From an uncultured Chthonomonadaceae bacterium (GTDB lineage: Bacteria; Armatimonadota; Chthonomonadetes; Chthonomonadales; Chthonomonadaceae), in the NCBI GenBank assembly GCA_963835065.1, contig CAWIEK010000027.1:1-21306 (forward strand): a DNA stretch of 21,306 bases. Reading direction: 5' to 3'. Positions 1-7,705 of the stretch are shown in pieces. The position numbers and the translations under genes are program-made. The notes beneath the pieces are model-generated. The model searched no databases. It was not told the origin of the DNA and saw only the letters and a list, made by a program, of their open reading frames with translations. Each line of letters starts with the position of its first letter. Position 1 is the stretch's first letter.

Positions 1-1
1 C

Positions 2-2233
2 GCAGGCAGAACGGTAAAGTTGATTGCGCGGACGGGCGGCAAGTACCATTTGCGCTGGTCGCCGGATGGCAGCCAACTGGCGTTTTTGTCGTGGCTCGAT
101 CCGCAGTTGTCGTATTCGCGGGAGTGCGTGTTCGTAACGGATGTGCCGCAGGAAGCGCCTGCCCACGCCTCCACAGAATACGGCCAGAACGCGCCCGGAT
201 TAACCGACTGCCGCCTGCTGGCCGATATAGATTACGACCTGAGCGCGTTTGAGTGGGCGCGTCCCATAGAAGACGCAGAAGAAGATTCTGAAGAATCTGA
301 GAACAAAGCAACAGAAAAAGCAACAGAAGCCGAAGAATCTGAAAACAAGCAAGCAACAAACAAGGAATCCGCGACAAGCGAAAACGTTTCCAACCCTGCC
401 TTCACGCCGCGCTCTCCGAATGTTGCTCCCCCTGTTCTCGGCTATGCGCTCGCCGCCGTCCGCACCGGCTCTGAAATCGCGCAAATCACTCCAGGCGAAG
501 CGAACAAATCCGGTGAAGCAACAGAAAACACTGCCACTTTCCTAACGGCTCCGCAATCCTCCCAAACCAACGCGCCATCGCCCAACGAGCCATTGCCCAA
601 TGAACAATCCAAAATCCAAAATCCCCCATTCTCAATTGATGATCTGGCGCTTGATCCGGGTGGGCACAGTGTGGCCTACGTGCAGGAAAGCGCCCAATCC
701 CTCCCCGAAATCTTTCTGCGCGACGAAACGGGTGCGGTTCACCAACTGACACAACTCAACGCCGACTTCGCCAAAAACTACCGGTTACCGCATCAGGAAG
801 TGGTGTCGTGGACGAGTCCCGACGGGCTTGTCATTGAGGGCGTGCTGACGCTGCCGGGAATAGGGAACAGGGAACAGGGAACAGGGAACAGAGGAGAAAC
901 CTCACCCCTCAACCCGGACGTCCACCCGCAGGGAAGGACACAACCCCCAACTACTGTTCCCTGTTCCCTGTTCCCTGTTCCCTTAATCGTGCAAATTCAT
1001 GGCGGGCCGAAAGGACGCTCCACGAATACGCTGCAAAATTACAGCATGGCTCCCGTGTGGGCGGCGGAAGGGTATGCGGTGCTGCGGCCTAACTTCCGGG
1101 GCAGTGAGGGGTACGGGAATGAATTTGCGATTGCCAACCGGCGCGATCTGGGCGGCGGGGATTTTGCCGACATCATGGCGGGCGTGGACTGGTGCATCGC
1201 GCAATCTATTGCCGACCCGGAAAGGTTGGGCGTGATGGGCGGGTCGTATGGCGGCTACATGACCAACTGGGCGATTGGACACACCAACCGCTTTAAGGCC
1301 GCCGTTTCCATGTTCGGCATCTTCCACCTGCAAACCGATTACAGCAATTCGGAGTTGTCAAGATGGGAAAACGAGTATGCGGGCGCGTACTATTGGGAAG
1401 ACCCGGAGATTTATCGCCGCATGTCGCCCGGCACGTATCTGGACGCCATCCAAACTCCCACCCTGATTATTCATGGGGATGAGGACAGCAACACGTTCAT
1501 CAGCAACTCTAAAGAGATGTATCAGGCATTGCGGCATCGGGGCGTAACCGCGCAGTTTGTCCACTATCCCCGCGAAGGACACGGCCTGCGCGAACCCAAC
1601 CACAAAATGGACGAAATCCGCCGCTGCCTGAACTGGATGGACAAGTACCTCCGCCATGCGGGGCAAAACCCGTCCACGTACCGCATGGGCGACAAGGTTC
1701 CGAGCGCGAACGGCCTGCTGGAATTGTGCGTCACCCGCGCCGACTTAGCCACGTTCGTCGGCCAGCCCAAGCCCGAAAAGGACGCGCCCAATCCCACCCA
1801 ACTGCTCGAAATCGTCTTCACCATCAGCAACAAAGACAGCCGCGAACACGTCCCGCCCCTGCTGCTGCCCTTAGCGACCATCCGGCTGGAAGAAAGTGAA
1901 GCCGGGAATACGGAATACGGAATACGGAATACGGAAGCACGGGAGCCAACCACCAACCACCAACCACCAACCACCAGTTACCCCATCGGCGTTTCCCTCG
2001 ACGTGCTGGGCGGCAAAGTGCTGATAGAGGGCGAACATCTGCGCGCGTCGCAGCACCCGGACGAGGACACGGGGCAATTGGCGTTCGGCTGCGCGATTGT
2101 CTACCGCATCCCCAAAACCCAAAGCGCGGGACTGCTGCACATTCTGGACTTTGCGCCCGTGCAGTTACACTGGTCGGCGGAAGACGACAAGGACGAGGAA
2201 AAGGACGAAGCAACCGAGAAAGCGGAGGAGTAA
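2..2233 (+). CDS. S9 family (prolyl oligopeptidase/acylaminoacyl peptidase-like) serine peptidase, 5'-truncated by the window edge, with low-complexity insertions and an extra C-terminal region
   Basis: Frame open from position 2. WSPDG propeller motif, PLIVQIHGGP, PNFRGSEGYG, nucleophile motif GGSYGG, LIIHGDED and YPREGHG. Confidence 0.92.
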   Translation, partial: AGRTVKLIARTGGKYHLRWSPDGSQLAFLSWLDPQLSYSRECVFVTDVPQEAPAHASTEYGQNAPGLTDCRLLADIDYDLSAFEWARPIEDAEEDSEESENKATEKATEAEESENKQATNKESATSENVSNPAFTPRSPNVAPPVLGYALAAVRTGSEIAQITPGEANKSGEATENTATFLTAPQSSQTNAPSPNEPLPNEQSKIQNPPFSIDDLALDPGGHSVAYVQESAQSLPEIFLRDETGAVHQLTQLNADFAKNYRLPHQEVVSWTSPDGLVIEGVLTLPGIGNREQGTGNRGETSPLNPDVHPQGRTQPPTTVPCSLFPVPLIVQIHGGPKGRSTNTLQNYSMAPVWAAEGYAVLRPNFRGSEGYGNEFAIANRRDLGGGDFADIMAGVDWCIAQSIADPERLGVMGGSYGGYMTNWAIGHTNRFKAAVSMFGIFHLQTDYSNSELSRWENEYAGAYYWEDPEIYRRMSPGTYLDAIQTPTLIIHGDEDSNTFISNSKEMYQALRHRGVTAQFVHYPREGHGLREPNHKMDEIRRCLNWMDKYLRHAGQNPSTYRMGDKVPSANGLLELCVTRADLATFVGQPKPEKDAPNPTQLLEIVFTISNKDSREHVPPLLLPLATIRLEESEAGNTEYGIRNTEAREPTTNHQPPTTSYPIGVSLDVLGGKVLIEGEHLRASQHPDEDTGQLAFGCAIVYRIPKTQSAGLLHILDFAPVQLHWSAEDDKDEEKDEATEKAEE
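574..626 (+). repeat. 15-bp imperfect tandem duplication followed by AATCCAA heptamer repeats, inside the S9 CDS
   Basis: GCCATCGCCCAACGA / GCCATTGCCCAATGA (574-603), then AATCCAA AATCCAA AATCCCC (606-626, encoding QSKIQNP). Confidence 0.65.
856..983. repeat. Palindromic heptamer-arm element in frame within the S9 peptidase
   Basis: GGGAATA+(GGGAACA)x4 at 856-890 and (TGTTCCC)x4 at 955-982. Perfect 30-bp inverted repeat 862-891/954-983. Confidence 0.95.
1905..1976. repeat. Two adjacent, different heptamer arrays in frame within the S9 peptidase
   Basis: (GGAATAC)x4 at 1905-1932 and (CCAACCA)x4 at 1946-1973. Confidence 0.93.
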
Positions 2234-2237
2234 AAAC

Positions 2238-2276
2238 AAGCGGGGTGAACGTCAACGGCTGACATTCACCCCGCTT
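2238..2276. terminator. Hairpin, probable bidirectional intrinsic terminator between the convergent S9 gene and tRNA
   Basis: AAGCGGGGTGAAcGTCA-acggc-TGACaTTCACCCCGCTT. The A-run at 2232-2236 gives a U-tract on the minus strand, and TTT follows on the plus strand. Confidence 0.8.
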
Positions 2277-2279
2277 TCA

Positions 2280-2353
2280 GGCCTGAGACAGGACTTGAAC
2301 CCGCAACCGACGCATTACAAGTGCGTTGCGCTACCAAATTGCGCCACTCAGGC
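2280..2353 (-). tRNA. tRNA-Thr(TGT), CCA not encoded
   Basis: Reverse complement folds as a cloverleaf: acceptor GCCTGAG/CTCAGGC, D arm GCGC-AATTTGGTA-GCGC, anticodon arm ACGCA-CT TGT AA-TGCGT, T arm GCGGG-TTCAAGT-CCTGT. Confidence 0.95.
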
Positions 2354-2839
2354 AATTGTAACCAAACCCGCGTGTAGTTCCGCATGGCAATTGGCACACA
2401 ACAATATACACTTATCCAATTCTTTTGTCAAGACAGATTTGCGGCGCGTATGGTTGCCGCCAATGGTAAATTTTTTCGCGTCGGCATCGAGATGGTGAAA
2501 TTGCAGCGCGCCCATACATCGGTTGTATCCGCAGATTGCGCATCCCCCACCCTTGTAGGCAATCGCCTACTGCTTCACAACGAAACGGTTTTTGTGAACG
2601 GAACAGGTATTGCAAAGTGTGCGCCGATGGCCTCCGGTACGCTTGTAAACAACGCCCTTGCCGCACTCACGACAAACGCATTGCTCACCATCTCTTGAGG
2701 GTAGTGTCAAGTCAACTGTATTGTGCCTGTCAAATGGCGAACATTCCAAACAGAACTTGCGCTTGTTTAGAAACCGCTCTTTGCCGTCTACAATAAGGCG
2801 ATTGGGAAACTTCTCTTTGCATTTGTGACACGTTGGCAT
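2348..2839 (-). pseudogene. HNH endonuclease with N-terminal CxxC zinc ribbons, interrupted by one in-frame TAG (2567-2569)
   Basis: Manual read-through of the 90-aa ORF continues in frame: KQ*AIAYKGGGCAICGYNRCMGALQFHHLDADAKKFTIGGNHTRRKSVLTKELDKCILLCANCHAELHAGLVTIA-stop (CxxC...HH...CANCHxxxH). Four more CxxC pairs lie upstream of the TAG. Confidence 0.88.
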
Positions 2840-2859
2840 GAGACATAAACCTCAATTTG

Positions 2860-2890
2860 TGTTATAATAGGCTCAGAGTTACCATCGAAA
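2860..2890. promoter_or_regulatory. Candidate overlapping divergent sigma70-type promoters
   Basis: Plus strand extended -10 TGtTATAAT (2860-2868). Minus strand TTCGAT-17 nt-TATAAC ahead of the HNH/tRNA unit. Confidence 0.45.
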
Positions 2891-2917
2891 ATGAAGCCAA
2901 TGGAAAGGAAGAGGCCA

Positions 2918-3142
2918 ATGGCTGATCACGTAGAAACTACGAGCGCGCAGGAAAATCCTTCAGCGCTGACGGGGCGGCATGAGCAGACGGGACAGAAGTT
3001 CTCGCCTTTTGCCGCGCCCGCGCCGTCCACAGCGGTGGAACCGCCACGCGCGCCCTGCGCAGTTCCCATCCAAATACCAATTTTGAATGGGGAGTATGAG
3101 CGGCTAAAGGAAGCCGCAGAAACGGATACGTCCAGCCTATAG
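2918..3142 (+). CDS. Hypothetical protein (possibly the separated N-terminus of the next gene)
   Basis: ORF with purine-rich GGAAGAGG before ATG 2918. Shares a motif with the N-terminus of the next ORF. Confidence 0.5.
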   Translation: MADHVETTSAQENPSALTGRHEQTGQKFSPFAAPAPSTAVEPPRAPCAVPIQIPILNGEYERLKEAAETDTSSL

Positions 3143-3159
3143 CGAGGAGGTAGAACAAG

Positions 3160-4774
3160 ATGCTCAAGTCCCGCCGTTCCAGTCGCCCGGTTCCGCTTCC
3201 CGGCACCGCCATAGCCGGAGCGCCTTCTCCACCATCAAGACAATTTACCCCCAGCGGCCCGCTTCCGCAGGCTCCCGCCATTCCCAACCGCCGTCCCCGG
3301 CCCGCTACGACACGTTACCCCATAGCGAATAGTGACTTCCAGGCCGCGCAGCAGTATGCGGAACAACCCACTGCGCCGGCGTCGCAGGCGGGCGACAAGC
3401 CCGATGCGGCCATTGTGCCGGATATGGCAGCCGCCGCAGGGGCCGCGGCGCTGTCTGCCTTTCCTGCCCTGCCTCCCGCGCCGACTTCTATTGGAACCGG
3501 CCCCGCTCCCACAGTCGTGACTACCTTTGCAGGCATTGGCGTCAACGGCTTTTTCCCCGCCGATTGCGCCCTTGCCGCCGGACCGGAGCATGTCCTTATT
3601 GCGGTCAACTCCATGATTGCTCTTGCTGACAAACAGGGGGGCCTGGTTTCTCAAGTCACGCTGGACCAGTGGTTCTCCAATGTTGTTCAGCAGCACAAAA
3701 TCTTTGACCCACGCGCCCTCTATGATCAGTATGCGGACCGATGGATTGTGGCTGCCGCCGCTTTGGGACCGGATAACAGTCAAATCTCGCTGTTTCTGCT
3801 TTCGGTTTCCGATACCTCGGACCCTACAAAAACTTGGAGCAACTATGCGCTGGACGCCACGGTGGATGGCACTGTCAAAACCAACAACTGGGGAGACTAC
3901 CCGACGCTGGGAGTGGACGACAAGGCCATCTACATCACCGCCAATATGTTTGTTTTTGATGGCGCATTTGCCTATGCCAAGATTCGCATTATTGACAAGA
4001 GCGGGCCGTACTCAGGCGGTTCGGTCACGTTTACGGACATTCCCAATCTGAAAGACCCGAATAATAGCCCGGCGTTTACGGTACAGCCCTGTCATACATT
4101 CGGTGCCAACCCTCCGGCTCAATATTTTGTCAGCGCGGTGTTTCCCGGCAGCAATGAACTGGCGCTGTGGACGCTGACGAACCCGCTTACCCCTGCCCCA
4201 ACGATTGCGGCGGCTACAGTGCCAGTCAGCGCTTACAACCTGCCTCCCAAAGCGGAGCAGCAGGGCGGCGGCAACCCCATTGACACCGGTGATACTCGCC
4301 TGCAAAACGCCGTCTTTCGCGATGGTTCCGTTTGGACAGCGCTGACTACGCGGCACAACTGGGGCGAACCCAAAAACCGCGCCGCGTTGCACTGGTTCGA
4401 AATTGACCCTCTGGATGCGAACGGCCCGGCGCTCAAGCAGGAAGGCGTGTATGGAGCCGGTGGAGTCCACTACTTTTATCCCGTTATCCTGCCAACTGCC
4501 GGGGGCGGCGTTCTCCTCGGCTTCTGGCCGCTCCGGCGCAACGGAATTTGCCGGCGCGCATGTGACCGGCCGCGCCGCTGCCGACGCGGCAGGGACTCTG
4601 CGATCCAGCGCCGTTCTTCAAGCAGGACTAACCAACTATACGGGGCTGCCCCGCTGGGGAGATTACGGAGGCATCGGCTTGGACCCCCAGGATGAGAACC
4701 TCGTATGGACCTATAAGGACCATGCTGATGCAACGGGAGACTGGGCCACGATAGTCGGCTCTATCCGCATCTAA
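3160..4774 (+). CDS. Uncharacterised beta-rich protein with two WGDY motifs, +1 frameshift near 4525-4528
   Basis: GAGGAGG before ATG 3160. PADCALAAGPEH..AVN, FDPRALYD and WGDYP. After VLLGF the protein-like sequence continues in the 4403-4774 frame (GRSGATEFAG...RWGDYGGIGLDP...WATIVGSIRI). Confidence 0.75.
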
Positions 4775-4785
4775 CAGCAAAGTCA

Positions 4786-4950
4786 TTAGAGAAACTCGAC
4801 ATCCAGGATAGGATGAAGTTCCATGGCGTTGGTGACCGCCACGCCATTTTGACCGTGCATAGTATCAAAAACCCCATCCCGGTGATCCGAACCGCAAGGC
4901 TGGCGTTCCTTGACCGGCCAGCGTTCTTTCCCGCTGTTCGCGGGGAACGC
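4786..4950 (-). pseudogene. Internally deleted remnant of a conserved hypothetical (ERWPVK...HGQxGVA...ELHP) gene
   Basis: GKERWPVK lies about 15 nt from VRITGMGF, then a frame change in a T5 run leads to DTMHGQNGVAVTNAMELHPILDVEFL-stop. Family recognised from memory only. Confidence 0.5.
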
Positions 4951-5024
4951 CCAATTTTCCTGCAAGACGGAAAATCTACTGTTGAACAAGAGGTAAATTT
5001 TCACAACAGTCACATTCACGGCAA

Positions 5025-5053
5025 TTGACTTTTGGCTGAAGCTGCGGTATAAT
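5025..5053 (+). promoter_or_regulatory. Near-consensus sigma70 promoter upstream of greA
   Basis: TTGACT (5025-5030), 17-nt spacer, TATAAT (5048-5053). Confidence 0.85.
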
Positions 5054-5114
5054 CCTGCGCACGAAACAGAATTCATGCGCAGCGAGTGATACAAGGTTGT
5101 TGCTGAAAGATTTC

Positions 5115-5150
5115 AGGCACGGGGGATAGCGGCATCCTTCGTGCTTTTGT
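5115..5150 (+). terminator. Intrinsic terminator within the greA leader
   Basis: 11-bp stem GCACGGGGGAT/ATCCTTCGTGC (two G-U pairs), 6-nt loop, followed by TTTTGT. Confidence 0.7.
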
Positions 5151-5337
5151 CACATCCGTAGACAGTTTTGCCGATAATCCCTGTAAATCGGGTGCAAACC
5201 GGCGCGTAACGTTCGTACTTGTCTTAGAATTGTCTTAGAAATTATTTTCAGACGGAAATTCACCTTAAAATTGGCATAAAAGCAGGCTTGGAAGCGCGAC
5301 AACTGTGTTGATTATGTTGTCAAGGAGATAAGAGGGG

Positions 5338-5817
5338 ATGTCCCAGGAAGCAGAACTCGTGTTGACGCCGCGCGGACACGCAAAGCTGGAACAGCGGCTG
5401 GACTACTTGCGCAACGTGCTGCGTCCCGAAGTGGCCGTGCGCCTGCGCGACAGCAAACAATTTGGCGACCTGACGGAAAACGCCGAGTACGAGGACGCCA
5501 AGCAGGGACAAGCGCTGGTAGAAAGCCAGATACTCGACATCCGGCGCGTCCTGCAAGTGGCCCGCGTCCTGGAAGACGCGGACATTCCCACAGATGTCGT
5601 AGGCATCGGCTCCATCGTGAAAATGACCAATCTGGAAAACGACGATGAGTGGGAATTTACCATTGTCGGCTCTGTGGAAGCCGATCCCGACAACGACCTC
5701 ATTTCCAATGAATCGCCCATCGGCGAAGCCATCATGGGCAAAAAAGTCGGGCAAACCGTCTTCATTCAAGTGCCCAATGGGGCGCTTCAGTATCGGATTG
5801 ATAGCATAAGAAAGTAG
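5338..5817 (+). CDS. greA: Transcription elongation factor GreA
   Basis: LTPRG..KL, GDLTENAEYEDAK, EADP..ISNESPIGEAIMG; 159 aa; AGAGGGG ribosome-binding site. Confidence 0.97.
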   Translation: MSQEAELVLTPRGHAKLEQRLDYLRNVLRPEVAVRLRDSKQFGDLTENAEYEDAKQGQALVESQILDIRRVLQVARVLEDADIPTDVVGIGSIVKMTNLENDDEWEFTIVGSVEADPDNDLISNESPIGEAIMGKKVGQTVFIQVPNGALQYRIDSIRK

Positions 5818-5937
5818 TCAGTAGTCAGTAGTCAGTAGTCAGTAGAAATGCCCTTCTACTCGTAGCTTTGTGCAAGAGGAACAGCTTTTAAGAAGAGTTT
5901 TCTACTGACTACTGACTACTGACTACTGACTACTTTC
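5810..5937. repeat. Palindromic heptamer-arm element between greA and lysS
   Basis: Perfect 39-bp inverted repeat: GAA(AGTAGTC)x4AGTAGAAA at 5810-5848 and its reverse complement at 5899-5937, with a 50-nt spacer. The greA TAG lies in the first unit. Confidence 0.96.
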
Positions 5938-5949
5938 CAGGATTATATC

Positions 5950-7564
5950 TTGGACGAGCAGCACACCCCATCGCAAGACCCTATACAAAATCAGCTTCAG
6001 CATCCGGGGCAGGACCCGGTTGCCGCGCTGTCGCCCCACCATCCGCCGGAAGACGAGCTTGTGGCGCAGCGCTTGCGCAAGCTGAACGCGTTGCGGGCGC
6101 AGGGGCAGGACCCGTTTGCGCAGGAGCGTTACGAGCGGACGCATACGGCGGCGCAGGTTGTGGCGCGAAGACGCGGCGCACTGGAAACTTGCGGAAGACG
6201 AGCAGAAGGCATTACAATTTGCCATCGCCGGGCGCGTGACGGCGCACCGGGGCGCGGGCAAAGCCATTTTTGCCGATGTTCGGGACGAAAGCGGGCGCGT
6301 TCAAGTCTATGCGCGTATCAACGATTTGGGTGAAGCCGCATTTCAGCAGTTCAAGGAACTGGATTTGGGCGATATTATCGGTGTGCGCGGCTTTCCGTTC
6401 CATACGCGCACGGGCGAACCCAGCATCCACGTTACCGAATATATCCTGCTTGCCAAAGCCCTGCGCCCCGCCCCACTCGGCAAACAGGACGATGAGGGCC
6501 GCACCTACAACGCGCTTGCCGATCAGGAAGAGCGGTATCGCCAGCGCCATCTTGACCTGCTTGCCAACCCCGCTTCCCGCGATGTGCTGACCAAGCGCAG
6601 CAAAGTAGTTTCCACCATGCGGCGATTTCTGGAAGACCGGGGCTTTCTGGAAGTGGAAACGCCCGTGCTGCAATTGGTGGCGGGTGGGGCGGCGGCCCGT
6701 CCGTTTATGACGCACCACAACGCCCTTGACCACGACTTCAAATTGCGCATTTCGCTGGAACTGTACTTGAAGCGGCTGATTATCGGCGGCTACGAGAAGG
6801 TGTTCGAGATCGGGCGCGTGTTCCGCAACGAGGGCATGTCCACGCGCCACAACCCGGAATTCAGCCTGATGGAACTCTATCAGGCGTATGCCAATCTGGA
6901 AGACATCATGGAACTGGTCGAAGCGATGTACGAAACCATCTGCGCGGCCATCAACGGCAAGCCGTCGTTTCAGTATGGCGAGCAGACCGTCGAAATCGCG
7001 CGCCCGTTCCGGCGTCTTCCCATGCTGGAAGGCATCGCGCAGTACGCGGGCATCGCGCCCGAAGAACTGACCGATCTGGAAACCGCCAAAGCCGCCTGTC
7101 GCCGCATCAAAGTGCCGTTCGCCTTAGACAAGGAAGAGACGTTAGGCGGATTGATAGAAAAACTGCACGAAGTTTACACGCAGCCCAATCTCATACAGCC
7201 AACGTTCATCACGGATTTTCCAACGGAAACGTCTCCTCTTGCCAAAAAGCGCCCGGACAATCCCGCCCTCACGCGCCGTTTCGAGATATACATGGCGACG
7301 CAGGAGTTGGGCAATGCGTTCAGCGAAATCAACGACCCCATAGATCAGCGCGAGCGTTTCGAGGGGCAAGTATCGCAGCGCGAAGCAGGCAACGACGAAG
7401 CGCACCCGATGGACGAAGACTTTTTGCGCGCGATGGAGTACGGTATGCCACCGACGGGCGGGTTGGGCATCGGCATGGACCGCCTCGCCCTCGTCCTGAC
7501 CGGAGCCGAAAGCGTCCGCGACGTAATTCTCTTTCCCCTGATGCGCCCTGAAAACGCGCACTGA
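5950..7564 (+). CDS. lysS: Lysine--tRNA ligase (class II) with a +1 frameshift near 6160-6168
   Basis: N-terminus (QRLRKLNALRAQGQDPF) in the 5950 TTG frame. The rest is in the 6116 frame: IAGRV, RYRQRHLDL, FLEVETP, GGAAARPF, FRNEG...HNPEF, YGMPPTGGLGIGMDRL. Confidence 0.95.
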
Positions 7565-7595
7565 GCCATTACCGCTAACTGAGCAAACAACAATA

Positions 7596-7695
7596 CTTAC
7601 CACGGAGGACACGGAGGAAACAGATGAACACGGATCAGTTTATACTGCCCTCCTCATCCGCGTTTATCCGTTTCCTCCGTGTCCTCCGTGGTAAG
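7596..7695. repeat. Palindromic element with roughly 9-mer arms between lysS and pcm
   Basis: 40-bp inverted repeat 7596-7635/7656-7695 with 3 mismatches, built from CACGGAGGA-like units; 20-nt spacer. Confidence 0.93.
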
Positions 7696-7705
7696 AGTTT
7701 TTCCT

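Noticed and set aside
265..380. GAAGAATCTGA and AAGCAACA repeats in the S9 gene
   Set aside because: Ordinary low-complexity acidic linker with no inverted arm.
6150..6175. Programmed ribosomal frameshift in lysS
   Set aside because: No slippery sequence or stimulatory structure is visible, and other 1-nt breaks in the window point to error.
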